The notes beneath the pieces were generated by a model. That model was given only the letters and a program-made list of their open reading frames with translations. It ran no database searches and was not told where the DNA came from. A DNA stretch of 63,992 bases, the filler included, from Malassezia furfur (taxonomy: Eukaryota): NCBI GenBank assembly GCA_052055015.1. It is 23 parts of 23 records of this genome, joined end to end, with 100 filler letters (N's around TTAATTAATTAA, not from the genome) between each part and the next. Parts side by side here need not be neighbours in the genome. Positions count along the whole stretch, not along the records: positions 22,975 to 25,703 come from JBQJIT010000853.1; positions 25,804 to 28,532 come from JBQJIT010000854.1; positions 28,633 to 31,360 come from JBQJIT010000855.1; positions 31,461 to 34,182 come from JBQJIT010000856.1; positions 34,283 to 37,003 come from JBQJIT010000857.1; 18 more parts are not named here. One strand, given 5' to 3'. Positions 22,975 through 34,985 of this stretch are shown here, piece after piece. The stretch's first letter is position 1. Each line of letters opens with the position of its first letter. The position numbers and the translations under genes are program-made.

Positions 22975-25703
22975 GTGCCTGCGCCTGCGCCGGCGCCGGC
23001 GCCTGCGCCCGTGTCGGCGCGTGGCGCGCGTGCGCGTGCGCACCAGGACGCGCCCGTCGTGATGCCGGGTGGCCCTGCGTCGCTCGACCGTCTCGGTGTG
23101 CAGTTCGGCACGCTCAACTTTATGGCCGGTGACGAGGCGCAGCAGCCCCTTGCCGGTGCGGACGAGTCGAGCGCCGCGCGTGCGGGCTTTGCGGACGTTG
23201 ACGCGAAGCGCGACGCGCCCGCGGATGCCGCGTCGTTCCCGCAGCAGGGTCTTGATGCGTTCAAGAGCCACGGGTTCGGCAATGCGACGCACAACACGTA
23301 CGGTCTTGCGTCTGGCAACACCAACGCGCGCCCTGCCTTTGAGCAGGCCGACGAGTCGCTGCACGCCAACGCGCCGAGCGGCACGACGCCGGCCGCGGGC
23401 GGTGCGCCGGCCGCGGGCACGAACGCGGCGGGCTTCACCGGTGCGCCCTCGTCGATCTACAACACGCCGCTCGACTCGCAGCGCAATGCGCTGTACTACG
23501 GCGCGCACCACAATGCGACGACGCCCATGTCGTCGCTGCGCGGCGACGAGCGTGCGTCGCCGGCGGCGCATGCCGTGCCGACGCCCGTGGTACCCGAGAC
23601 GCCCGCGGTGGATCACGGGGTGCCCATCGTGACGCCGGCCGCGGCATTGAGCCCTCCGCCAACGACAGCGGGCATCGAAAGCCCCGCACCGCCGGCAGCG
23701 GCCGTACTGAGCCCGGTGCAGGCGACCGCGGCCGATTCCAAGCCCGCGCAGGCCACGCCGGCGGTGCCGAGCTCGGCCCCTGTTCCGCCTGCGGTGCCAA
23801 GCAAGTCGCCGAACATGGTGCCTCCGTCGCCGGCCGTTCCCGACAAGCCGGCACGCGAAGCAGCGGCGGCGTCCGTCGTGTCGCCGTCGCCGGCGGTGCC
23901 GCCCAAGCCCGCAGCGACACATGCACTGCCGGCCGTGCCGCTCGATGCGCCGGCGCACGAGCCGCCGGCCGACCGCACGGCATCCACGCCGCGTGCGGCG
24001 TCGTCGGTCACCAGCACCCCGTATGTGGGGGACGGCACGCCGTCGATTGCGAGCTCGACGCCCTATGTCGGCGGCGGCACGCCGTCGATTGCGAGTTCGA
24101 CACCCTATGTCGGTGGCGGGACGCCGTCCCTTGCCAGCTCGACACCGTACGTGGGCGGCGGCACGCCGTCGCTGCCGAGCTCGACACCCTACATGGGCGG
24201 CGGCGCACCATCGCTGCCGAGCTCGACCCCCTACGTAGGCGGCGGCACACCATCGCTGCCCAGCGCGACGCCACGTGTTGACGGCACGCCGTCGCTGCCC
24301 AGTTCCACCCCGTACGTCGCCGGCACGCCGTCGGTGGTGAGTGAGACGCCGTATGTCGACGGCACGCCGTCGCTACCGAGCTCGACGCCGCGGTTGCCGA
24401 CGCAGGCGCCGGCGCAGGACTACTCGGCGCTTGGCCTGCACCTCACGGTCGACGACGCACAGGGCGGTGCGCTGCGCAAATCGGAGTCGTCGTCGTCGAT
24501 GGTCTCGTCGCAGTCCGCCTACTCGGACTCGGGCGAGAGCGAGCACAGCGTCGCGGCGCCGGATACGACGGTGCAGCGCGACGTGCCCGAACACAGCACG
24601 CCGTACCTTGCGCAGGCCGAGACGCCGGCCCATCCGCTGCCGCCAGCCGGCGCCGCCGAACTGCCCAGCTCGCGGAGCACGTCGGGAGCGTCGGAGTACA
24701 CGAGTCCGCTGCAGGGCCTGTCGGACACGTTTGCCTCGGCGATGGCCGACCTGGGCCTGGACGACGACGCGCCGCCCGTGTCCGGCCTCGCAGACATTGC
24801 GGTGGCGTACCGGGAGCCGACGACCGATGCCGCCGGCATGCTGCGGTCGACGTCGACGCTCGCGTCGCTCCTTCCGCCGCCGGAGGCGCGCGCATCGCCG
24901 TCGCAGGCGCAGGCGCTTGCGTCGCTCGCGCCGCGCGCCGAGGAGCGCAACGTGCGCATGGCGTCGACGGCCAAGACGTCGCCCGCACCGGCGCCGGCGC
25001 CGAGCGATGCCGAGCGCAGCACGTCGTCGCCGGCGGCGCCCAAAATCGAGGTGTATGGATACACGATTTGGTGGCCTACGAGCTTTGATGCATCGAGCAA
25101 CGTCAACTGGGACTCGACGTCCTCGACGCAGCGGTGCAATCTGTTTGCGCGCGCGGCCAGCGACCTGACCGAGCGCGACACCAACCTCACGCGATGGATG
25201 ATGCAGATGCGGCAGGTGCAGCCACGTGCGCCCGAGGCCATGCATGAGCAGATCATCCAGGCGCAGCTCGCGCAGCACGAGGCGGCCATCATCGAGGCCG
25301 ACGGGGACACCTCGGTGCACTCGCACATCACGGCGAGCACGGCGCAGTCTGCCGCGTCGGAGCTGCCGCTGCCGGTCAACATTCCGTACCCGCTGCTCGC
25401 GCGCTCGACCAAGGAGCACCTGCACCACCCCGAGGCCGCAACGCCGCACCTGCACCACTCGCACAGTGCTGCGTCGCTGCACACGCCACACTCGGCGCGT
25501 CTCGACCCGCATGCAGCGATGCGCGGCGCAGCAGGTGCGGCGGGCGCAGGCTGGCAGCGCCTGCAGGGCGCCATGCCGCGCGTGCCGAGCTCGACGTCCT
25601 TCCTGGGCACGCTCGGCCGGCGCAACAGCCGCAAGCTGCGCGACACACCGATGGTGCGTCCGCCGGCGTCGCCGTCGCCGGCCCTGGTGGGGCGCGCGGT
25701 GCT
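22975..25703 (+). CDS. Long low-complexity Ser/Pro/Ala-rich ORF, open at both ends; 5' part Def1/UBAP2-like
   Basis: More than 900 codons open; VVMPGGPASLDRLGVQFGTLNF resembles a motif of fungal Def1/UBAP2-like proteins; internal tandem repeat. Confidence 0.55.
24010..24393 (+). repeat. Coding tandem repeat, about 9-10 units of 42 nt (14 aa, SSTPYVGGGTPSL[P/A]), decaying to 39-nt units
   Basis: Visible directly in DNA and protein; units differ at synonymous positions. Confidence 0.95.
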
Positions 25704-25803
25704 NNNNNNNNNNNNNNNNNNNNNNNNNNNNNNNNNNNNNNNNNNNNTTAATTAATTAANNNNNNNNNNNNNNNNNNNNNNNNNNNNNNNNNNNNNNNNN
25801 NNN

Positions 25804-26941
25804 TCGGCTCGGTGCCGTGCTGCGCAGCAAGCGTCTCGCGCTGCACCGCGGGCAGAATCGACCAGACGCCGTCGAGCAGCGCCTTGCGCCGCTGCCGCAG
25901 GCGCGCCGCCTCGGCTGTGTGGTGGAAAGCGTGCGTCCGCTCGCGCTGCGCCGCGCGGCGGTCGAGGTGGAGGGCCTCGACGTAGCGCCCCTCGTGCACC
26001 CACTTGAGCAGCAGCGTGTCGACCACGACGGCCGCGTCGCGCGGCGACGTGTGCCCGGGTGCCAGTGCATACGCCTGGATGCGCGCTTCTTCGTCGGCGT
26101 GCAGCGGCAGGGCCAGCAGCGCCTGGATCGCCGCGCGGTTCGGCGGCGCGAAGCAGTGCTGCAGCAAAACGCCGTAGAGGGTGTCGTGCATGAACGTCGC
26201 GTCTGGCTGCGCCGCGATCCATGCACGGCACGCGTGCCAGGCCGCGCCGAGGCCACGGACGTGCGCAAGCGCCTCGACGATCAGGCGCAGCTGCACGAGC
26301 GCCGTGTCGGTCGGCGCGGCTCCGGCCGAGGCGGGCAGCGCCCCCTGCACATCGTACAGCTCGAGCAGGAGCGATGCATGCTGCTTGTCCTTCCCCAGCA
26401 TCTCGGCAACGATGGGCAGCAGGGTCGCGTTGCGCAGCTGGCAGACGGCCGACGCAAACGCGCCGTGGTCCGCGGCCCAGTACCCGTCCATCTCGGTGCG
26501 CAATTGGGGCGCGACGGGAAGCGCGTCCGCAAGCGCCTCGGCGCGTGCGCCGCGCGCCGCGGCGACGTCGTCGGCCTGGGACGCGCGCGCCGCAACATGG
26601 TCGAACTCGAGCGCAAGGTAGTAGATCAGCGCGTGCTGCTGCGGCGCATCGAGCGTCGACGTGAGGATGGCGACAAGAAGGACATAGGCCTCCGATGGGG
26701 CAGCGGGGGGAAAGAGCGTGCCTGCGTGAGTACGCGACCTACGTTCGATCCCGGCCTCGATCAACAGCCGGTCAAACAACAGCTTGCGGTCGACGCCGCG
26801 CGTGCGCCGCTGCGCGACGTCGGCGGCATATGCCTCGCTCCACACGGCAGGGTCCGTGTCGGTCGCAGGCGAGAGGTACGTCTGCAACAGCACGTCCGCA
26901 TACGCTTCGGGCGACCACGGCGCCGGTTGCAGTGCGGCCAT
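25804..26941 (-). CDS. ELYS-like nuclear pore assembly protein (fungal Ely5 type), 3'-partial
   Basis: LLFDRLL...LFPP...ALIYYLALE...MDGYWAADH pattern; candidate 21-nt intron 26722-26742. Confidence 0.7.
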
Positions 26942-27059
26942 GGTGGACGACCTCACGTGGTGACCCAGCCTCCACACGCCCAGGGCGCCGACCGGGGGGG
27001 GAAGAAAGGGAGGGTGGGACGAGGAACTACCGGTGCGGGCGGCCCTGGCCGGCTACGCG

Positions 27060-28532
27060 CTACGTGCTCCGCGGTGTGTCGATGGGTGTGTCGGCCGGCG
27101 TCTCGGACGGGGTGTCCGCCGGCGAGCCGCCGCGCCCATTGAGGATCGGCGTCGCGATGAGCGGCGTCATCGTGGGCAAGAACTGCGGCGCATCGAGGCG
27201 CCCCGGCGTCGTGGTGCCCGGCGTGGCGGGCGCGCTGCGGTTGTGCTTCATGTGCGCCTGGATCAGGTGGCCCGCGGCCAGCGCGCTCATCAGGCTCAGC
27301 TCGCCGGCCATGACCGCCGCGGCGATGATGCGCGCAAGCCGCTGGGCGTTGGCGCCCGGCGTGTCGGGGTGCGCGCCGCGCACCCCTAGCACGTCGAGCA
27401 TCGCGCGCTGCGGCGGGAGCACGGTGCCGCCGCCGACCGTTCCGACCTCGATCGAGGGCATGCTGACGCTCACAAGCAGGTCGCGACCGTCGTTGACGGC
27501 CTCCATGATGGTCATGCAGTTGCTGCTCTCGACGTTCTGCGCGGGGTCCTGGCCCGTGGCAAGGTACATGGCGGTGAGGATGTTGGATGCGTGCGCATTG
27601 AACCCGCCGACGCTCGCGGCCATCGCGCTGCCGATCAGGTTCTTTTTCAGGTTGAGGCGCACCAGGTCCGCGACGGTGCACTTGAGCACCGAGCGCACCA
27701 CGTCGCCGGGCACGGTGGCCTCGGCGACGACGCTCTTGCCGCGCCCCTCGATCCAGTTGATCGCCGCGGGCTTCTTGTCCGTGCAGTAGTTGCCCGAGAG
27801 CGACAGCAGCTCCATCTCGGGGAAGTGCTTCTCGCTCATCATCTTGAGCGCGGCCTCGACGCCTTTGCTGATCATGTTCATGCCCATCGCGTCGCCGGTC
27901 GAGGTGGCAAAGCGCACGTACAGCGTGCGCCCGGCCAGCACACAGTGCAGCGACGCGAGGCGCGCAAAGCGCGACGTGCCGTCGAACGCCGCCTTGACCT
28001 CCTTGGCGCCGGCGCTCGAGTCGAGCCACCGCTTCGCCTTGGCCGCGCTCGTGATCGAGGGGAACTCGATCGCGGGGCCGCGCGTCATGGCGTCCTGTGT
28101 CAGGACGGTGGTGACACCCCCGCCGGCGTTGAGCGCCTTGCACCCGCGCGACGTGGACGCCACCAGCGTGCCTTCGGTCGTGGCCATCGGCAGCGGCATC
28201 AGCTGCCCGTCGACACGCAGCGGGCCGGCAATCCCGACGGGGATCGGCATGTAGCCCACGACGTTCTCGCAGCACGCGCCAAACACGGGCGCATAGTCGT
28301 AGTGCTGGTACGGCAGCTGACTCGACTCGAGCGTGTGCGTCGACGAGGCACGCGACAGCAGCGCACGGCGCACCACCACGGCGCGCTCAAAGTCTTGCAG
28401 CTTCTTCTCGAGCGCGTACGGCGCAATCACACCGCGCTGCGCGAGCAGAATCACCTCTTCGTCGTTCAGCGACGAAACGCCGGCGCCGTCCGCGTACACG
28501 GCGCGCACCGTGTCGAAGTCACGCGGCGGCGC
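27060..28532 (-). CDS. HMG1: HMG-CoA reductase catalytic domain (3' part)
   Basis: [56 protein letters not shown], catalytic His in AHMKHNRS. Confidence 0.97.
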   Translation of the reverse strand, partial: APPRDFDTVRAVYADGAGVSSLNDEEVILLAQRGVIAPYALEKKLQDFERAVVVRRALLSRASSTHTLESSQLPYQHYDYAPVFGACCENVVGYMPIPVGIAGPLRVDGQLMPLPMATTEGTLVASTSRGCKALNAGGGVTTVLTQDAMTRGPAIEFPSITSAAKAKRWLDSSAGAKEVKAAFDGTSRFARLASLHCVLAGRTLYVRFATSTGDAMGMNMISKGVEAALKMMSEKHFPEMELLSLSGNYCTDKKPAAINWIEGRGKSVVAEATVPGDVVRSVLKCTVADLVRLNLKKNLIGSAMAASVGGFNAHASNILTAMYLATGQDPAQNVESSNCMTIMEAVNDGRDLLVSVSMPSIEVGTVGGGTVLPPQRAMLDVLGVRGAHPDTPGANAQRLARIIAAAVMAGELSLMSALAAGHLIQAHMKHNRSAPATPGTTTPGRLDAPQFLPTMTPLIATPILNGRGGSPADTPSETPADTPIDTPRST

Positions 28533-28632
28533 NNNNNNNNNNNNNNNNNNNNNNNNNNNNNNNNNNNNNNNNNNNNTTAATTAATTAANNNNNNNNNNNN
28601 NNNNNNNNNNNNNNNNNNNNNNNNNNNNNNNN

Positions 28633-29520
28633 CGCTGCCTCGGCCTGCTTGCGCTTCTGCGCCTCGGCCTGCGGCTTGACGTGCTTCTCAAAGTGCTTCT
28701 GCCGCTCCTTCTCCAGGTCCGCATTCTTCGCCTGAATCTTTTTCTTGCGCGTCTCGCTCTTGCCGCCGCCACCAGCCGTCAGCTCGACATTGATCTGCCG
28801 GCCGTGGAACATGGAATGGTGGAAGCGCAGCCCTTTCTGCAGCGCGACAGGTGTCGAAAACTCGACAAACGCACACCCTCGCGACACGGGCGCCGACGGA
28901 TCACGCGCCTTGCCCTTGGCAATCGACTTCTTCTTGGAGTTCGACAGGCCTTCGAGCGCACGGGGGTCCGCGCGCTTCGTCAACAGGCGCACCTGCGGCG
29001 TCTCGCCGCACGTCTCGGCAAAATGCTTCGCCAGCATCTCGGCCGTCACATCAAACGCCATGTTGCCTGTCGTCAGCGGCCGAGCGGCATACGCACCAAC
29101 AAACACAATGTATTTCTGCCCAGGCTTGCTTGGTGCCTCTGTAGTCGGCGGCGCGGCCGCAACCGTCACCTCCTCAGCCTCGCCTTCGTCGTTAAAGACC
29201 GTACGTGTCGGCGCACCCTCGCCGCCAGGGACGGGCAGCGCCTCACTCTTGCGTTTCTTCGACTTCTTTTTCGTGGCAGTGGGCTGGGGGGACTCGTGCT
29301 CCGTAGATGCAGGCACCTCGTCCGCATCACCGCTCGCTGCATCCGATGCCTTGCGCACCGTTGCCTCGGTAGGCGTCGCTTCCTTCACTTCCTCGTCCAC
29401 CACAGCCTCCGGCGCAGCATCCTCGGGCGCATCTGGTGCATCCAGCACCTGTGCATCGACGCCCGCCTTCCGCGCACGGAATTTGGCCGCCTTCTTCTCG
29501 CGTTTCGTCGTGCCGGCCAT
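28633..29520 (-). CDS. NOP6: Nucleolar RRM protein Nop6-like, 3'-partial
   Basis: RNP2 IVFVG|NM, RNP1 RGCAFVEF, HHSMFHGRQINVELTAGGGGKS; 30-nt intron 29067-29096. Confidence 0.8.
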
Positions 29521-29721
29521 GCTCCTGCGCACCTACGAAAACGACGGTCGGGTGGAGGCTGCAAAAATTTGGCGCAATTTCACGCACCTGGGCCAAGGAG
29601 CGCGCACGGGACTTCGAGCCTGAGCCTTGGTTCCGTACACCCCACTGTACAGGGCGTTTGCAATCTATGGGTATTCTTTTGTTGTAGCATACAAGGCTAG
29701 AGACACCGCTGCTGCGTACTT

Positions 29722-30269
29722 TTACCACACACGGCTCTGTGCCAAAAGGGACAGGACGGTCGCAAGCTTCGCTTGCTCCGCTTCCATATCGAGCATCTCG
29801 TCGTCCGTCGACGTCCGCCGGAGCGCCAGACCCACGACCACCGGCTTGATCGAGCCCAGCATCGACTCAGCTGTGTGCAAGTCGGCGCAGATTCGCGCGG
29901 CAATTTGGGTCGCATACAACGCGTACAAATCCGCCAGACCGCTCGGCGGTGTGCCAAAGAGCGGCACCAGTGTCACCGTGGGGACTACCATCGCATCGCG
30001 GTGCTTGGACTGCAAAAACTCGGCCGTCTGCTCGCCAGGGTTGACCAGCGCTTGCACCTGCGTAAGTATGCATGCACGCGTCGTGCTCAGCGTACCAGGT
30101 AGCCGACCTTTTCCAGCTGCGTCACCAGGACGAGCGTGCGGTCATCGTACTCCTGGCAGAACACGGTCAGGTCCTGTCCACCCGACGTCCCCGTACTCTG
30201 TGCTGTGCGCAGCACATTGTGCGCCAACGGCTCGACATGCACGCCCGCCGACGGAGCAGGGGCGATCAT
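29722..30269 (-). CDS. Proteasome assembly chaperone 3 (PAC3/PSMG3)-like
   Basis: TVFCQEYDDRTLVLVTQLEKVGYL|VQA...LFG...PVVVGLAL; 38-nt intron 30058-30095; start codon uncertain. Confidence 0.65.
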
Positions 30270-30344
30270 GGACGTGGAGGCGAGGTCGAACACGCGCCCA
30301 TACTCCTCAAATGAGCAAAGGTGGACATTTTTCCATGAAAGTAT

Positions 30345-30451
30345 GGTAGGATGGCCGAGTGGTCTAAGGCGCTTGATTCAAGTATTGTTGAATATTTCAA
30401 CGCAAGGTCGTTGCTCCCAAGTTATCCTGGGTTCGAATCCCAGTTCTACCA
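30345..30451 (+). tRNA. tRNA-Leu(CAA), intron-containing, atypical 3' half
   Basis: Acceptor stem GGTAGGA/TTCTACC with A73, A box TGGCCGAGTGG, anticodon CAA at 30379-30381, T arm CTGGG-TTCGAAT-CCCAG, downstream oligo-T Pol III terminator. Confidence 0.88.
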
Positions 30452-30553
30452 CATTTCTTTTTTTTGCCCCGGTACTTGCCACGTGGGGTGGGGCACGCCC
30501 TGAAATCGAGCAAGCACGCACGAGATCCGTTCTGCAGTCTTTCTATTCCCGTC

Positions 30554-31360
30554 ATGACGGAAAATCGCCAGATCGTTATCGTGGGCGGTGGTATCATTGG
30601 CTCGAGCATCGCGTACTTCTTGAGCCGCGCAAAGAACTGCCCTGCCGTCACGCTCTTGGAGTCGAGCAAGGCGGTGGCCCCGGGCGCCTCGGGCAAGGCT
30701 GGCGGGTTTTTGGCCTTGGACTGGCACGGCACTTCCACGGCGAGCCTCGCGGCGCTGAGCTACGAGCTGCACCGCAAATTGGCCAAGGAACATAACGGCG
30801 CAGAGCGCTGGGGTTATCGCCAGGTCGATGTACGTATCTCGTCGCACTGACCCAAGACGCACAACCTGCGCCTCGACACCTCGCGCAAGCCGCGCACCAA
30901 GCCGAAAGTCTCGTGGATGAACCCCAACGTGTTCACCACCACCAGCCCGATGGGCGGCGGCGGCTCCACTGCGCAGGTCACGCCCGGCGAGCTCACCAAG
31001 TTCCTCGTGGAGCAGTCGCAGGCCGAGGGTGTGCAGGTGCGCCTGCAGACCAAGGCCGTGGGCATCGAGATGGACGACAACAAGGTCAAGGGTGTCAAGG
31101 TGGAGTGCAACGGCAAGGAGGAGACGCTGCCCGCGACCGATGTCGTGCTGGCGACGGGGTACGTTGCCTCCGACTGGACTAACGCAGCCCGTGGACCGGC
31201 AAGGTGCTCAACCAGTGGTTCACCCCCGAGACGCTCCCGCCCTTCCTGCGCACGGCGGCAATGATCGACGGAAGCCGCGCGCACAGCATCGTGATCCAGG
31301 CGGCCAAGAACCACCAGTTGTCGGCCGACTGCTTCTTCTCGGAGATGAGCTACGGCAACT
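30554..31360 (+). CDS. FAD-dependent oxidoreductase, DAO family (Tda3-like), 3'-partial
   Basis: IVIVGGGIIG, GASGKAGGFLALDW, TAQVTP, VVLATG|PW; introns 30830-30856 (ends AAG) and 31159-31187. Confidence 0.85.
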
Positions 31361-31460
31361 NNNNNNNNNNNNNNNNNNNNNNNNNNNNNNNNNNNNNNNN
31401 NNNNTTAATTAATTAANNNNNNNNNNNNNNNNNNNNNNNNNNNNNNNNNNNNNNNNNNNN

Positions 31461-34145
31461 CGCCGGCGTCGCGCGGCTCGGCGGCGGGGAGGATGGTCAA
31501 CAAGATGCGCGCCACAAGGAGCGGCGCGGAAGAGGTCGCAGCGTCGGGGCGCTCATGGCCCGCGTCCTGCAGCAGCTGGTGCCCGCGCTCGAGCAGGATG
31601 TGGATCGGGAGCTGCATCGGCAGGCGGTGCTCCTGCGCAAACGACGGGGGCACGGTCCCGGTGAGCTCCTGCGTCTGTGCATCCCACGCGAGCCACGCGA
31701 GCCACGACGGCCACTTTTCGTGCAGGTCGGGACGCGACGGCGCAAACAGCTGCGGGATGTACCGCGCGCCGGAGGCAGGGCCCGCGTTCTCCTCGAGCAG
31801 GTGCTGAGGGAACGACACTTGGCTGCTCATCAGCGGCAAGGAGATCGCCTCGTCGGGACGGCAGCTCATCAGCTGCAGGCGTGGCGGCTTGGCCGGCGTA
31901 AAGTTGACCGAGCGCGACTGCGCCATCTGGATCGAGTGCATCGTCGACGACGACGGCAGCGCGGGCGCAGGCGTGGGCACGGGCGACGAGCGCTTCGCAG
32001 GCAGAATGGTGTCCTGCGACCGCTCGGCGACCTCGGGCATGCGCGGCGTCGCCTCGGCGTCACCGGTGTCGGCGTCAGCGCCGGCCTCCGTCTCTGCCTC
32101 CGCGTCGGGCTCCTGGATCGCGGGCGGCACACGCGCCGCGGCGCTCACCGATGACGCGGTGCTGCTCCGCTTGCTCGCAACGTCGCTCGAGCTGCTCAGC
32201 ATGCCCTGGGCGAGTGCGCCCTCGGTCGTGTTGAACTCGTCGACGTTGGTCGCGCCCGATCCCTCCGAGAACTGCTGCGACGCGGGGCGCGCGCCGGGCG
32301 CACGGCCCAGGACCGTGCCGTAGGGGTATTGGTTCTCGGCAAAGGGATCGGCCGGGTCATTGTCCGCATCGTCAAAGATGCCCGCAGCCTCTTGGGGCTC
32401 GACGACCTGGCTGCTGGGGCGCGGCACCGACGACGGCTCCTCGAGCTGCGCGTGGTGCTGCGGCACCGTACGCGGCTCGGCGTCCATCGGCATCGTCGGC
32501 GAGGCAGCGAGGCGCGGGGTGCTGAGCGACAGCATACTGAACCGCGCGCTGTTGCCCAGCGGCGACATCGTACCGACGAGCGGCGACAGCTGCGGCGTCT
32601 CGGCGCGCGTCAGCGGACCGATGCGGCCCGCGCGCGGCACGGGCGCGAGCTGCGGCGCAGTCGCACTGCTCAGCAGGCCGCGCGACGCAGGCTCGGCATC
32701 GTTCAGCTTCGGCGAGAACAGGCCGTACTGCCACGGCGCAAACTGCTCGAGTGCCGCATCGGGCGGCGAGCGGACGTAGGCGTCCGCGGCACTGATGGGC
32801 GCCGACGACGACGGCACGGGGCTGCGCACGGGGCTCAGCGGCACGTCCTGTGCGCCCGTGTCCCACTCGGGCTCGAGCGGCGATGCAGACAGCGGCTCCG
32901 CACTGTACTCGTCCGCCTCCTCGGCGACGGTCGGCAGCGGCGGACCTGGCGAAAGTGCACGCAAGGGCTGCGACTCGGGCTCCGGCACGGGCTCGGGCGC
33001 CACGGGCACGACCCGCGTCACCGTCTGCGATGCAGGAAGCGGTGCCGTCACCGGCGACGCGGCGCGCGGCTCCTCCTCGGCCGCCACAGGTGCGTCGGCA
33101 GGCGCCGCCTCCACAGGGGCAGGGGCCTCGGGCGCTTCCGGTGCTTGGGCCTCCTCGCTCGCCGTCGGGACGTCGGCCACGTCCGCCACGTCGGCGGCCT
33201 CGGTAGCCTCGCCACGTTCGGCGGCCTCGTTGGTTTCTGTAGGCTCGCTCGCAGGCACCTCCGCGGGCGCCTTGGCCGTGTCGTCGGCCATGTACGAGTC
33301 GTCCACAGGGCCCAGACACGAGATCGACGTGTCCTCGTCGAGCTGCACCCAGTTCTGCGACATGACGCGCGGCGCCGGGCCGTCGGCACGCGCCGGCGTT
33401 CCGATGCCGAGGCCCGTCACGTTCGAGCGGCTCGCACGCGACGGCGCGCGCGACACTTCGCGGACCGTCGCGTCGGCGACCGACGCCGCCTTCGACTCGG
33501 AGTGCGGCGGGAGCGTCGACTGCGACACGGGGCGGATCTGCGCCTCTTGCACGGGACCCGACGCCTGGCGCAGGCGCGGCGCCTCCTCGCTCGCAGGGAT
33601 CTCGCTGCGCACGCTTGTCTCGTCGCGCTTGCCGTACCACAGCCCCTCTTCCCAGCTTGCGTGCTCCGAGGGGAGCGTCGGCATCGGCGCACTCGTGCGC
33701 TTCGACCGCTTGGATGACGCACGCGTCGGCGACGTGATCGTCGCCTCCTCATCCGCCGCTTTGCCCTTGCTAAACAGCTTCGTGAGGATGGTGGGCTGCG
33801 GTACCTCGGGCTCAGACGCGTCGCTGCTCGCGGCGTCCTCGTCGTTGACGTCGCGCGCGTCCTCGGCGGCGACAGCCTCGGCAGGCGCCGCCTCGGGCGC
33901 AGCGGCGGGCTCCGAAGCCGCCTCCTTCTTCCGCAGGCCCAGACCCGTGAGACCCGTCGCAGACGCCAGGCCCCCAAACAGGCCCGCCATCGTAGACGAC
34001 CCACGCTTCTCGGGCATGATCGCTCCCGGCGCATCCGCGGCCTCGGTCACGGGCTCCTCCGCGTCGGGCACGGGCGATCCGATCGCGATCGACGTATGCG
34101 GCTCGTGCGTCAGCGCACGCATCGGCGCCCCGCGTCGGCGCCACG
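31461..34145 (-). CDS. Acidic, Pro/Ser-rich protein with C-terminal cadherin-like (CADG/He_PIG-type) segment; possibly the tail of an Axl2-like protein; partial at both ends
   Basis: About 900-aa ORF; WPSWLAWLAWDAQTQELTGTVP resembles the LPSWL.FD.....GTP motif; frame stays open up to the rDNA junction. Confidence 0.5.
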
Positions 34146-34182
34146 GCCTCTAGTTGATAGAATAATGTGGATAAGGGAAGTC
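34146..34182 (+). rRNA. 37-nt fragment of nuclear LSU (25S/28S) rRNA at the contig end (chimeric tail)
   Basis: GCCTCTAGTTGATAGAATAATGTGGATAAGGGAAGTC matches the conserved fungal 25S segment GCCTCTAGTTGATAGAATAATGTAGATAAGGGAAGTC as recalled, with one difference; AT-rich against its flank. Confidence 0.8.
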
Positions 34183-34307
34183 NNNNNNNNNNNNNNNNNN
34201 NNNNNNNNNNNNNNNNNNNNNNNNNNTTAATTAATTAANNNNNNNNNNNNNNNNNNNNNNNNNNNNNNNNNNNNNNNNNNNNGCCACGTGCCGATCGGGC
34301 TACGACC

Positions 34308-34985
34308 ATGTCGCTGTTCAAGAAGATGGACGCGAAGACGGACGTCGGCACACCGACGTCCCTCAAGTCGTCCGTGCAGCGTGGGATCCGCACCAAGCTA
34401 CTGGAGCAGTACGCTGATACGCTCGGCGCGAATGACGGCGAGCTGCTCGAGCAGATCTTGCCGAAGAAGGAGCCGCTGACCGTCGTCAAGTTCAAGTAGG
34501 TGGCCCCACTGACTGACGCAGGCGCGAACATGTGCAGATTCTGCTGCTCAAGGGCGTCCCCCTCTTCTTCCAGCACTACGACGGGCCGTGGCTGCCGACG
34601 CTCCATGTGCTCCACCAATGTACGCCGCCCATACTCACCCACCAGACCCGACGCTCCTGCCCTGGATCCAGGTGGACCGCGGCGCGATCAAGTTTCTGCT
34701 GTCCGGCGCCAATGTCATGGCGCCTGGTCTGACCTCTGCGGGCGGGCATCTGCCCGATCCGGCGCAGGGCGAGAAGCCGCTCGCCAAGGGTACGCCCGTC
34801 GCGATTCGGTCGCAGGGCAAGACATACGAAGTCGCCATCGGCTCGCTGCTCGCCGACACGGAAGAGATCCGGTCGCAGGGCAAGGGCAACGTCGTGGACA
34901 ACGTGCACTACATCGGCGGTACGTGTCTCTACGCTCACCCACAGACGATCTCTGGGCCGTGTGCAGCAAGGGCGGCTTTGTCTAG
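34308..34985 (+). CDS. TMA20: Translation machinery-associated protein 20 / MCT-1 (PUA domain)
   Basis: LKSSVQRGIR, WLPTLHVLHQYP, QVDRGAIKFLLSGANVMAPGLTS, HYIGDDLW; three 26-nt introns (34496-34521, 34620-34645, 34919-34944). Confidence 0.95.

Noticed and set aside
24010..24393. 42-nt repeats as a possible CRISPR array
   Set aside because: The units are contiguous without unique spacers, vary at synonymous sites inside an ORF, have no cas genes nearby, and the host is eukaryotic.
30372..30382. TCA in the anticodon region as a possible Sec or opal suppressor tRNA
   Set aside because: D-arm register places CAA at positions 34-36, the acceptor stem is 7 bp, and A73 fits Leu.
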